Below the pieces are notes generated by a model. It did not search any database. It saw only the letters and a list, made by a program, of their open reading frames with translations, and had not been told where the DNA came from. A stretch of DNA of 64,000 nucleotides, taken from assembly GCA_043228905.1 (NCBI GenBank), contig JBHGNT010000008.1:19282001-19346000 (forward strand). Direction: 5' to 3'. The stretch's first letter is position 1, and each line of letters starts with the position of its first letter. A program made the position numbers and the translations under genes. Below, piece after piece: positions 15,720 through 28,635 of this stretch. Source of the stretch: Azolla caroliniana. Its lineage: Eukaryota; Plantae; Polypodiophyta.

Positions 15720-18084
15720 CAAAAAAGATAGTGCAGCACAGATAGATAGTGCAGCACACCACAAATACTAATATACTATATTTATACTTGACCAGAAAGA
15801 ATAAAATAGCTTTCTATCAATGTTCTGACTGATGGTTGACAACATCTCTGTCACCAGTATATAACTTGAATTTAGAACAGATAGAGCAGCACAGGCACAA
15901 ATACTAAAATATTCTAATTATACTTGACAAGAAAGAATATGAAAGCCTTCTATCAAAGTTTTGACTGATGATTGACAACATCTCTGTCACCAGTATATAA
16001 CTTGGATTTAGAACCTCTATTTCATGCAACAGTTCGTCCTTTTATAACAAATAATGAAACAGAACCTAGTTATTATACAAAGGTTATTCTGAGTTTCGCA
16101 GTGACCCTCCCAAACGTCACTCATGAGAGACTTGCTTTTCCTCCCGGCACCACTGATGTTAATCAAGGTGTTTTTACAGAACCAGGAAAGAACAAGGCAA
16201 ATCTACGAAATTCCTTGGGGTCAGTACGAAATTCCTTGGGGTCAACATAAGAAGCCTACACAGGTAAACAGACAAGACCATGGAACATGAATTAACAAGT
16301 GTTAATTTACATTTTCATATCTGGGCCTGGCCTCCTTATTTTCAGTACGTCATGCTCATCTATATCTATCAGAAAGAAGCAAAACACGCATAGATCTAAT
16401 TAATGGACTCACCCGGAGGAAAGTACCTTTGAAGATCATCAGAAACGTTGTGTTTGAATCCAGTAGGGGGATTTTGCTGCCATTCTTTGAGCTCCTTTTG
16501 TAAGCGATTGGCTGCAATTCTGCTCAGTCTCTGACAGCATAAACAAAGAAAAAATAATCCTCTTAGAATTAATCTAACAAGAGTAAATAGGGCTCAAAAT
16601 TCCATGATCAATAACTGATTTTGTAGATCGAAGGTTTGTTGCATTTTTTTAGAGCAAACAATCAATACATAAGTTTGCCTAAAAATCTCTCCAGAATCAA
16701 GAAAGTTATTACAAGGTCAAACTCTTTGTGCAGGTTTAGGAAAGGAGCAAATGTGCCAAAAAAATATTTGGAATCAAAAAAGATATTTCCTGATCAGAAA
16801 CGATGTTCAGTTTTGAGAATGAATCTACAATGAATTAATTTTCCTAGAAAGTCTACAAAATTAAGAAATTCATTTCTTTATCAAAATCTTAACTCAATCT
16901 TAAAATGGGTAAAAAAACCCATAACTTTCTTCGACTTCCCAGTACTAAAGAACTCGATTTCTAAGTAAAAAGATTTGTTCAGTTTTAGAGAGAGTGGATT
17001 TGCTTAACCACTCTCGAGAATCAAGAAACCTAAACTATCTCAATCAGAAACTTTGATCAGTTTCCATACTGAGTCTACAAAGAACAGAGTTTCCTACAAA
17101 CTCTCCAGAATACAGAAACTAATTTCTAGATAAAATCTTTGATCAGTTTTAGGAATGAGCATATAAAGGTCAACTTTACTTCAAACAGCAATCCAGAACC
17201 AAGAAACTTAAAGATCTGACGCCTTTTTCGGTTTTTTGACTTAGATCTATAAAGATTAAAACCTACCTCGAAATCCGGAATTTTTAATTCTACACCAAAA
17301 TCTTTGCTCATATTTTTTTTATTGATCTTTACTTTAAAACACTCCAAAATCAAGAAATCTGTTTCTAGGTCGAAAGACATTCCTGTATTTCTCTGCAATG
17401 AGTATTTCTAGGTCAAAAGCTTTGTTCGCTCATTAGAACGGATCTATGAAGAACGAATGTGCAGAAATCTCCAGAATCAATTACTCTTTTAGTTTCTAGA
17501 GTGAGTCAAGAAATAGCATACACTCTCCAGAATCAAGAAGACCATTTCTAGATAAAAATCGTTCAGTTGATCAAACACTCTTCTAGGAAACAAATAACAA
17601 GAAATACATTTCTAGATCAAAGAATTGTGATAAAAGATTTCACATAACGAAATAAATTTCCAGAAATAAGAAATCTAATTCAAGATTGTTAGGAAATAAA
17701 AACAATAACTCTCGAAGCGGATTCCAACAATGAAGACGAGTTTCCATCGAAACAACAGGAATTTTCCATTTTCCATTAGATAGAAGGGTTATGAGCTTGT
17801 GATAAAAACCAAAGGAAAAAAGAAACTGTACAGAACGATTTCTCCAAGAAAGATATCCAAGGAGAGAAAAACACGGAGCATTTTCTGACATCAAAATAAA
17901 AAGAGCTGAGGAATCCGTAGATGTATGTGACTGTTGAGAGTCGTGCTGGAAACGGGACGGTCTTATCAAACGACAAAAGGCGGGTACCATTACCACCAAG
18001 GGAAATCACACAGCATTTGTCGGAACAAAAAGATCTTCTGATCAGATCGGAGCGGGAACAGATCAGGAGGAACTATAAACACAG

Positions 18085-18129
<45 letters not shown>

Positions 18130-18151
18130 AGACCTGCGATGAAGAACCCAT
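11996..18151 (-). CDS. Ubiquitin-conjugating enzyme E2, plant UBC15-18 / UBE2W-type; 6 coding exons
   Basis: Exons 18151-18134 (MGSSSQ), 16530-16427 ([25 protein letters not shown]), 13371-13269 ([13 protein letters not shown]), 13175-13112 ([12 protein letters not shown], catalytic Cys), 12331-12243 ([15 protein letters not shown]), 12091-11996 (RPADNDRYV…[14 protein letters not shown]). All introns are GT-AG. Confidence 0.95.
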
Positions 18152-18423
18152 TGCTTTGCTGAAATGAGAAATGCTCAGAAATCCAAACCATTTTCTGGGA
18201 CTTTGTATTCAGGAATTTTATTATTTTTATTTTTATTTTTATTTTTATTATTATTATTATTATTATTTAGGGGGGGGGGGCATTTTATGGAAATTACCAA
18301 AATACCCCTCTCTTTCTCTTCTTCTTTTCCATGAGATTTCTGGTACCACCACCCTCCTGTCTCCAAACAAATTTTGTCCGATCAACACACATAGGCTCCG
18401 TAGGTCTCCTCACCAGATCCATG

Positions 18424-18496
<73 letters not shown>

Positions 18497-18502
<6 letters not shown>

Positions 18503-18808
18503 TTGGTAAAAGCACATTGTATGAAAAATCCACTTAGTTACAACACTTCTTAATCTCCTCTACCTATCACATGCCTGTGTCGGGAGAGGGATGTTCTGTA
18601 ATGCTACTAAAAAACCCGAATATGCATTTGAGGAAATGATCCCCGCATGCTCTCTCTTTGGTAAAAGCACATTGTATGAAAAATCCACTTAGTTACAACA
18701 CTTCTTAGTCTCCTCTACCTATCACATGCCTGTGTCGGGAGAGGGACGTTCTGTAATGCTACTAAAAAACCCGAATATGCATTTGAGGAAATGATCCCCG
18801 CATGCTCT
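18497..18808. repeat. ~155-bp tandem duplication at the LINE 3' end
   Basis: CTCTCTTTGGTAAAAGCACATTG…GATCCCCGCATGCTCT occurs twice, nearly identical. Confidence 0.9.
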
Positions 18809-20615
18809 AACATCCAAAATTTCCACATGAGAATACCTTTAAGCTTCTTTATATATATAGGCTTTCACCCCATGTCTATTATCAAACATGAAAGCATTAC
18901 GCATATTCCAATTGTGTTGTAGACACCAGTAACGTAAAAATTGGAACAATATCTCCATCTCATCATTTGATCCATTTTGAACATAATGAGAAAAAACCCT
19001 TTGTTGAGGTCTCAAACAACAATGAGTTAAAACTTGCCAAATGTCCGATAAGTACTTCCAAATGGTACACGTTATAGGACATTTAATGAACCTATGTGTA
19101 CTATCCTCCAATGGAACAGTGAAAAAGAAACAAGTGCCAGACCCTAGTCCTCGTCTCTTTAAGGCCGAACCTAATTGGAGCCCACCAATCATGACTCTCC
19201 ATATGAATACCTTTGCACAAAATGGTAGATGGGAATGCCAACTATGTTATAATATATTCCACCACCTTGCAGCTGACTTATATACATTCCACACCTTCGT
19301 TGCTTTAGGAGATAGCCAAGATATTGATGTCATCGCATGATGATACAATATATTTGTAGTGACTTGTAACAAGTGTGTACCATCTTGTAACCGCCAATCT
19401 ACCCAAGGTGCAAAATTGGTTTTCAATGGCTAGGATCCTTGCAACAATGGTATATCATGTAATTTCTCCCAAATAAATCCATAATTTGGGGGAATACATA
19501 ACCATCTCTTGGCATCATCAAAATCTGACAACCTTTGAGATTCATTATCAACCACATCTTCCAAATGTACAATCCCCAATTGAAATAAACGATTGAATTG
19601 AGATCTCAACTTCTCTTTCCCATGCCAAAACAACACTTGAGAAGAAACAAGCAATTCATTTTGTAATGAATTACAATATTCTCGATCACTTGATGGTCCC
19701 CATTCAAAAAGAGATAATGCATCTCGCCATGATCTTACCAAATGTTGTCCACATACAGAATGTCGAATCTTTAGAGGAATACTTCCATTCATTAGTGACC
19801 ACCATGATGCTTGAATCTTTGTTTTCCCATGCACCAATCCTTCATGCTCAATAAAATATTGCATCATAGATATCGATGGTTGATCTTGTTGACATATATC
19901 TTGTAATAATGTAAATCTACGAGCCATCAAATGCCTTTCCAAATCCAATATTGTTGTACCACCTAACCTTTTAAGAGCGGCCAAATGGTCCCATGAAATC
20001 CATGTAACTCCCATCATTTCTCCCTTCCGCCACAACATGAACCGAATAAGTTGTAACATGCTTTGTAATGTCTTCTTAGTCCAAGGAAGTAAAGGCAAAA
20101 AATATAATAACATGGGTATTAAGATACACTGCACCACTTTGAGTCGTACATGAAAGGGCCATAATTGAGACTTCCAATACATAAATTTGTCCCTCAATTT
20201 ACTACCAATCCAATCAATCAATTGAACATTTGTAACATCAATTCCTAATGGATAACCCAAATGTCGATAAATTGAACCTCGTGTAATCACTGACCCTCGC
20301 CATCCCAAACATTCCAAATCCCTCTCTATACAAGAAATAAGGCAAGACTTCCTCCAATTTATATACAACCCTAAAGCCAAAGCAAATTGATCCCAAACTT
20401 GCGTACTCCTTTTAAGATTTTCTTTTGAGGCTTGTAAAAACATAAAAGAATCATCTGTCAATGCTTGTGCCATCAATTGTCCACCAAAAGGAAGATGCAA
20501 ACCCACAATATCACCACTGGCCACAAGATTTGACAATATTACTCTGAAAGTGTTTCTTACTAGATCCGTGCGGCAAGGATGTCCACTAAGCCCGTTGTTG
20601 TTTGCTATTGTTACA

Positions 20616-20622
<7 letters not shown>
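18497..20622 (-). mobile_element. 5'-truncated L1-type LINE with inverted 5' segment, inserted in a (CT)n microsatellite
   Basis: Minus ORF 19430-20536 is the RT C-terminal half (LTDDSF, INWRKS, YRHLGYPLG, WISWDHL…KRLGG). 18839-19192 is a zf-RVT remnant. Plus-strand 20559-20622 encodes TRSVRQGCPLSPLLFAIVTHS. (CT)n lies on both sides (18425-18500, 20619-20683). Confidence 0.9.
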
Positions 20623-20687
<65 letters not shown>

Positions 20688-21827
20688 CCCTATATGCGTC
20701 TAGAGACACTAGCTCTTGGTATAACATAGTAGTGAGTTGGTTACTTACAAATGGCATAGACATTAATAACCTACCTCCCCTTAAGTACAACCATGGGACT
20801 GATCAAAACTTTAATATCTAATGAAGACTGTAATAAAGTAATATACCAAGAAATATGGCAAATTTACACCCAATATACATGGATCACCCCACGAGAGCCA
20901 TTCCCATCTAAAATGTTGTACTATTAGGAACACTTCTTGCACTTCTCTAAGTTAGGTTTTATTACATGACCAAGATATCTAGATACATTCTTATCAAATG
21001 CACTAAGGGTGGCCATTGGACAACTTAGGATATCATCTCACCAACTTGAGATTGAAGAATGGTCGGGCTAATAGAGTCCCTAGAGAGGAAAGGCTATGTA
21101 GATTATGTCACATAGAGATAGAGGATGAGTATCACTTTACATGCAAGTGTCCAACCTATGCCGAGATAAGGGCGATATGCAAGACATATTAGGACCCTCT
21201 CCCACCCTATCCAAACTATTAGATACCCCGAATATAAAGAGACTAGGTAGGTATATCTTAGAGCTAAAATAATATAGGGAGAATAAGCTACAGAGTGTTA
21301 ACCATAACCCTTTTACTATTCATCAACATGTAAGTAGTTTAATTTTTCAGGAACAAGGGGAGACAATGAATGTGGATACACTTATGCCACTTGGCCTCTC
21401 TCTTGAGGAAGCAGAAATGCAAAGAACAACCAAACGCCCTCGGATGTTGGGCTTCAAAACAACTCGACATGGAGTAGAAACGATTAAGAAGATAAGGGAA
21501 TGTGAGCTACGCGGACTAGAAGCTATGGTTGGGGTACCTTCTACATTGGGACCACTAGGGGCCACATCCACATCGAAACCCTTTGACCTCTCGCTTCTTT
21601 TCGAGAGACTTGGATGGAAATGAAACTAGGCCTAATATAAAGCCATTTCATTGTAGAAGATGTTTGTTATTTTACTAGACCTATTTAGCTTAAGCTCTAT
21701 TTTTATTTTTATTTTATTTTCACTTTCAATGAATGGGTAAATATGGCATTTTGTTGTAAACCAATTGTCTCATGGGCCAATTTTGGCCTTAAAAGACATT
21801 AATATATCTTTCTTTGTTTCTTTTATT

Positions 21828-21858
<31 letters not shown>

Positions 21859-24029
21859 TTGTTTGTGTCGGTGGCTCGTAATGTGCCGCTTGTCTAATAG
21901 ACTACTGGTGATTCCTTTGGCCTGCCTGGGCTTGTCTAATCTAGGGGAGGGGACTCCACCAGTGGCATGCAATGCCAACTCTTAGGCTAGACTATGAAAG
22001 GTGTAGAAGGATGGAGTTTTCCAAGGTATATATGTATAAGTTGGCCTTATATGTTGGTCATCATTCGCTTTGAGAAGCAAGCAAACATGTCGGGGAAAGG
22101 AACATATGGGATTGGATACCTCGGTACGTCCAGAAAAGTTATCTACATATACAATGAGTTTCTCTTTCTTATCTCTTTCTCTAGGCTCCCTCCCCTCCCT
22201 CCCTCTACAGTTTGGTCAAACAATCTTCGAGAGGAAATCTTCACAGAGATGTATTTTATAAAAAACGTGGGATTACACTTATTTATTTCATAAATATTGA
22301 ATGCTTTTTGTTGCCTTGTTCTAACTTCTCACACGATGACTATATATATGCTCGGTCAATGTTTTAGCTTTGGAACACGTGAAATTGTGGAAATAAGTGT
22401 ATGATTCTATGGGTTACGAGATTTAGTTATTAGTTTGTATGTTTTAATTAACGACATGCCATTTAGTAAATTAAGGGGTCGGTTCGTAAGTATCAAGGTC
22501 TTTAATTGTGGAAATCTAGTACAATTGCATGCAATTTAATGAAGGATGCATTAATTTAAGCAACAAGATTCTAATTCAAAGGATTAAGAAGTCTTTTATT
22601 GAGGAGATCATAACACTTAGTTGTAACTTGTTGTCTATTAAATTAACTCTAATGGAAACCTTTAAGAATTAGCTTTGTATCGAAGGTAGTGGATGATGGG
22701 TAAATGTCCATTAATGTATAGATACTTATTTGAACTTCTGAGAAGATCAAATACACAAATGAATAAGACTGGCAATGCGTGACATGGTGCTTTTTCTATG
22801 CTTCATTGTTTTCTAAGATGAATTGTTCCTCTTGGGTGAACTTCGCCCATTATTCCCTAAGAGCTCTATTATTATATCAAGGCATCGATTTGTTATGATT
22901 AAATATTTGGTTAATGAGTCAACTTTCCTTTCTTTTACAGGGTGTTAGAATCAATACTTTTTAAAATGCACCAACGATATAGGTGACATTATTCAAATAG
23001 CGAGGGTTGTGTTTCATCAAATAGCAAAGTAATCTTGTATATATTATTCCTTTAGTGTCCTTTTTTATAAATTCAACGGAATATGATTAATTTCAAGCTT
23101 CAATGTTAATTATATAGGTAAAATAGTGGAACCTTATGTTTTGCTTTATTATTATTATATATATTTCACGATAGAAATGTTCCTCGACAATGTCTCATGC
23201 GCGCTTTTGACCACCAAGTGAGTAGTATATGTGATTTGGTCTTCATTTGTGACTTTCACGATAATTGTTTCACCTCCCTATTGTCAAGATTTTTTGATCC
23301 TTCTACATGGAAGCTTAACGTGCTATCAAAGGATTCTCAACTTTAGAGACTTGTTGCACACACTTTTGTCAAGGCTTAGTATTGATTCAAGAATCATCGA
23401 GGATGAACTTTTAATATTATAGTATGTAAAATTCGTGTTCGTCTAGCATAACATTCGTTTTCCTACGTTGGAAAACGAATGCGAATGTTATTCAAACATT
23501 CTTGTGTGTGTTTTTTTTGTTTTTTCCCCATTTTTTAATGTTTTTTTTCATTTTTGAGGCTTATTTACCTCATAATAAATAGTTAATCCAAAAGTATGGT
23601 ATTTATCATTCTTGAGGGTGTTTTTCTTACACGAAAGCGAATGCACGTATGGTTCATACTATGTTTAATATCTTTAATATTTAGCAAACAGAAGGTAAGT
23701 ATTAGGCAATAAAGAGGCTCCTTCTTCAAAAGGCTTTTAACTCTACACATGCTCGCGAACCAATAATGTCTTGAGTATCAATATATTGTGTCTTTTTTAG
23801 CATAAAACACACCATTGTACCTTTACTTTCTAAAAACTTAATGAATCTACCATAATGTTTTCTTACCCCCTCACATTTCTCAAATTTATTGAGTACAATT
23901 TCATTTCAATTAGAACTTTAATTCAACAATAATAAAGATTTAACACAAGTGGGTTAGAGGCTTTAATCTCTTGCATTATATGAGCAAGAGTTTGAACGAT
24001 TTAGGTGTCCATGGGGGTCTTCTAATGTA

Positions 24030-24900
24030 ATTTAAAGCACCATTGGGGCAAATCAAGGATCTCCACTATCCCCTACCCTCTACGAACTTTACATTGATGC
24101 AATAGTGGACAATATCATGGAGGCAATGAGAGAATTGACCTACGTACACCTATTCCCATCCTTCTTATGTTGATGATGTAAAGTTGGTCTCGAAATCTCA
24201 TGCAAATCCACAACATCAAATCACAATAAAGCTAGGAAAGACTAAGCCTATTATCTTCCCCACAACGACACTACTCACAATATGCCTTCACCTAATCGGG
24301 AGGGGAACTTGTATTGGATTCTTATGTATATATACAAGTCACATTTACTAGCATGCAAAACCACCAAGCATTGAGTCACTCCAAGAAGAAGCCACCAGGC
24401 ACAGTTCCAAAGGTATCATATGAAAGTATGGTTCTCAACACCGTGGTCACCCCTGCCCTCATGTACAATGCTTACTATATGGGCTCCAACCTCCACGTGA
24501 ACGTGTGGACACAAAAAGAACATCATCCACTAGTCACGATGTTGCTAGAGATGATACATGGCAAATCATCCACCTTACACGAGATCATTTGAGGTGATTT
24601 GGCATCACTTCCATGAAAGTACACTCATTTGTTCCTAAAGGCACGCCTCATCATTTGGATTTGAGCCATACCACATCAAATAATCACATGCAAGGCATTT
24701 GAAACATCTAAGCAAATGGCAATAAGTTGAGCATGCAGAAGGATCGTGGAACTCACAACTAGGGAATATTTTCTATAGGTGCCTAGTTGCATAGTTGCCA
24801 ACCACATCAAACAAAAGTATTCCACCATCTACATGAGCTGCATCATCGTTTCAAAAATGATGGAGAAGACGTTATTAAGGGAAAAAATGTCATATCTCTT
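24030..24900 (+). mobile_element. Highly degraded non-LTR retrotransposon RT fragment
   Basis: ANQGSPLSPTLYELYIDA at ~24048-24100 and frameshifted LL(Y)VDDVKLVS at ~24160-24190. Boundaries are approximate. Confidence 0.6.
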
Positions 24901-26559
24901 AGTTGTAACAAACCCTTTAAGCATCAATAGTTTAAATCTCGACTATTTATCATAGGCCAAATGTATATAAGAAGCATGATTATATTGTAATTTGTAATTT
25001 GTAATTTTGTGGTGAATTAGCATTTATTATGTAAGAATGGTAAATGGCCAATTGGTTTGTAATGTCAAAGGTACTCTTTAGGATTTTCAAATTGTATAAA
25101 ATGGCAAGAGCTCTAGTATAAAAGGGGCCTTTGGGGCCACCTTTTGGTCCTCATTATACCCTTCACTAAAAGCCACTATCCTCCATGTAGTTTTTCCACC
25201 CAATTAATTGAGGTATACATATTTCTTATTTAGTTTTTATCTATTTAATTGAGACATTTCTTATGTGTCTTATATAGTGACTATCTTTTTAATCGAGACT
25301 AGCATATATTCTTAATTACTGTAGTGATTGTGTCTTAAATTATATTAACTTAAACTTCGAGGCTCTGCAATTACATGGAGTCGAGAGATAAGTGCATTGA
25401 TGTGTTAATGTATGGCATGGTCTTTGCCATTGGGGGGTGACATCCCCCAATCCATTGTTTAGCCCAATGAGAGGAAGCAACCCCTCGGAACTTGGTAGTG
25501 ACCCTCAAAAGTGCAACACTCCCAAATATGAATCAAGTTAGTCCCTTCAAGAAAATGTAAATTGTGTGAATATTATTCACACTTCAAAAACAAAATGCAT
25601 CAACAATCACGCAACACTGGTTTCTTCTATAGTTCCTTACCTCCACCAACAATGTGTCGAGGACTCACCATAGAGTTCCACCACCATTCGACAAATGATG
25701 GAGAAGGTTGGCCAAATCTTGCTTAACCTTCAAACGCAAAAGTAATCAATTCTAGAATTACCATGCATATGCTATAACAATTGCAAAACATTAATTTTTA
25801 TTCCTTGATTCCTTACCCCCATTGACAATGTGTCCTTCACAACCTCTATACACCACACAAACCAAGCTCAAATATGAAGGTTGGACATTGCTCCTCTGAT
25901 ACATATTAGTTGGTGCACTTCATGCTGGTAAATCATCGCAAAAACCCTTTCACCAAATGCATGAAGATCATTATCATGGGACTTTTGGAAACCTAAAGCT
26001 TTTATTTAGTTTCAATATGGATGATATGAATTCACTTATATTTGTAATCGTGATATGTCTCATCATCTCTCATGGCTCATTTTTTGCCTCGACTGTACTT
26101 TAATATATATTTCTTTTCTTTCTCTCTAAAAAATTCATGATTTAGTAAATGTACAACATTGTATGTCTATATTCCTTCGTTATGGCCAAATTTCACATCC
26201 TATGTAGATTCTATCATAAAACTACGTATTGGCAACGATTTGGTTTGGCTCAAACTAGTTGGGGACTTGAGAGTATCAAACTCAAACCATTAAAAAATGT
26301 TCACATTAACCGTAACCTTGGAATCATCCAAAGAGATCCTCAAACCAAAAATGTTTAAAACCAACCCATTTTGGATCATAAATAGTTTAAGACGTTTAAC
26401 AAATAATTACGAAGATTTCTTAATTTAATTTATAATGCCAAATGACCCTATAAGCCATTTACGTTGTCAAGTCCATAGTTTGAAGCATCGTAAATCATTA
26501 ACTATTAAACTAATATACTTTCAAACCACATTGTTAACCCCGAAACCAAACTAAGACGA

Positions 26560-27196
26560 CCCCATTTTGGTAAATTCCTACAGATATTGTATGTAAGGGA
26601 TTTGAGGATGATCATTTTGTTGGTAATAGTTTGATGGATTTGTATTCTAAATGTGGCTCAATGTTTGAGTTACGACATGTTTTCACCAGATTATGTAGTC
26701 AAACTATTGTTTCATGAACTACCTTGATTTCAGAATATGTGGAACATGGACCTTCGGTAGAGACATTGAATTGTTTTGACAAAATGCAAGCCAACGGTGT
26801 CATTCTTGATATTGCATTATATCTTTATACCTTGAAGGCTTGTGGTTGTGATGGGCCTTATGTAAGCTTTTTGAAATAGACATGGAAATCATATGGAGAG
26901 GATTTGATCATGACCTTTACATTCCAAACGCTTTGGTTGATTGGTATGCAAATTGTGGTGCATTATCCGAAGCATCACAAACATTCGAGAGATTGTGTGA
27001 TAAAAGCACAGTCTTTTGGAATGCATTAATATTAGGGTATGCATCTCAAGGATATTCTTAAGAGGTTTTCTCTTTGCTTGAGAGGATGGAACACAAAGGC
27101 CTAGAAGCAAATGACATTACATTTCTTGGTGTCCTTAATGTATGTAGTCATGAAGGAAAAGTGATGCAAGGTAACAAATGTTTCAAAATTATGCTC
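26560..27196 (+). pseudogene. PLS-class PPR pseudogene fragment, target of the PLE insertion; continues at 39947
   Basis: Broken frames read DHFVGNSLMDLYSKCGS, NCFDKMQANGV…LYTLKACG and GLEANDITFLGVLNVCSHEGKVMQGNKCFKIML, with stops and frameshifts. Confidence 0.8.
27146..27196 (+). repeat. Left copy of a 51-bp direct repeat (putative target-site duplication); right copy at 39947-39997
   Basis: AGTCATGAAGGAAAAGTGATGCAAGGTAACAAATGTTTCAAA(A/T)TTATGCTC, 50/51 identical between the two copies. Confidence 0.95.
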
Positions 27197-27271
27197 GTTG
27201 TTGACCATATGGTCATGACAAGGAGTGCGGAATGGTAGATCATCGGTGGGTAGAGGCCTGGATGCAAGAGA

Positions 27272-27348
27272 GGTTTAGGGTTTAGGGGTTTAGGGATTAG
27301 GGATTAAGGATTAAGGATTAGGGTTTGTTTAGGGATTAGGGGTTAAGG
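27272..27348 (+). repeat. Interstitial telomere-like array (TTTAGGG/ATTAGGG/ATTAAGG), ~10 units
   Basis: GGTTTAGGGTTTAGGGGTTTAGGGATTAGGGATTAAGGATTAAGGATTAGGGTTTGTTTAGGGATTAGGGGTTAAGG, lying between two 60-bp copies (27197-27256, 27348-27407; 56/60 identical). Confidence 0.9.
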
Positions 27349-28635
27349 TTGTTGACCATATGTTCATGACAAGGAGTGCGGAATGGTAGATCGTCAATGG
27401 GTAGAGGAAAGAGGAAAAAGGGTTCATGATTAAGCATAAGAGGGGATGAAGTGTAAAGAACCACCAAGAACAGTTTGAGCGCACCCAAATCGTTTAATAC
27501 ACTCGGTGTAAGTGAGGCATAATGAGAGATAGAGGAAGGGGAGAGAGACGAGGGATTAATCACTAATAACAAAATTAGAAACAAGTTAAAAAATAACCAT
27601 AAGCTTAACAGTCTATATGAGAGAGAGGGAGAGATTAAGAAGGAGACTAATTTTCATTAAGAAAAAGGAAATGTTACAATACGATGGGTAAATGGGATGG
27701 GTAATGGGTTTGAAACACATCCTCCCATCTTCCCCACCTCCACCTCTTATCCTACTTAAAGAATTTGATAGCCTTAGTAGGACCCTCCAACTTAAACACT
27801 TTTTCAAATATGAGGATAATTCCCCCCCAAATCCCTTCAAACTACCTAACCCTAGTTGGCAACCCCCTACTAAATACACACCCCTAGAAAACATTATAGT
27901 TAAACATCAAACTCTCTTTAGTAATACACTTCATACACTCAAATTAAAACCCACTAGGATTCCACTCCACTTATTACAAGCCTTACGATCTCTTAAAAAT
28001 AACAATAGAATCATAATTTTACCCGCGGATAAAAACTATAACAAAGTTGTAGAACAACTTTCTGATTCTAATACCTATAGAGTAGTTTCCCACTATCCAC
28101 TTGAGGAGTTATCATATAGACTTAAAAAAATTGTTAACAACCATCTAGGTACCTTATCCACCATAGAAGCCAACTACATACTATATAAGCCCTCAACAGG
28201 GTACCAAGTATGCAATCTCTACTTCCTCCCCAAACTCCACAAGAACCCAATGGGCTTTAGACCTATTTGTTCATATAATAACTCTCTTTTTGAACAGACG
28301 TCTAAATGGCTTCACCACCAATTCATGCCTATCCTTCTCCTTCAAAAACAATATTTGAAAGACTCACACTCCCTTATCCAAACTCTAGAACATCTTAAAC
28401 CACCCCCTAATAGTATCTTTACCTTTGATGTTGAATCCTTATATACTAGCATCCCCCCTAAGCTAGGTCTTAAAGCCTTACGAAAAATCATTACCCCCCA
28501 TTTTTCGACTTCTAAAACTAACCTTATTTATACACTTAGAGCACTCACATTAAAATATCGCTTTCTCTCTTTTGATGACGTGATCTATCAACAAATAAAG
28601 GGTACAACCATGGGTAGTAATTTTTCCGTGGTATA

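Noticed and set aside
18171-18537. ORFs with SLSLSL/ERERER runs here and at 38383-39536 and 52543-53556
   Set aside because: They are translations of (CT)n/(GA)n microsatellites and MITE repeats, not genes.
27197-27256. Terminal motif read as an HDV-like or second hammerhead ribozyme (GCACTCCTTGT…GACC-loop-GGTC)
   Set aside because: There is no CUGANGA/GAAA core and no consistent nested double-pseudoknot pairing could be built. It is kept only as a hairpin.
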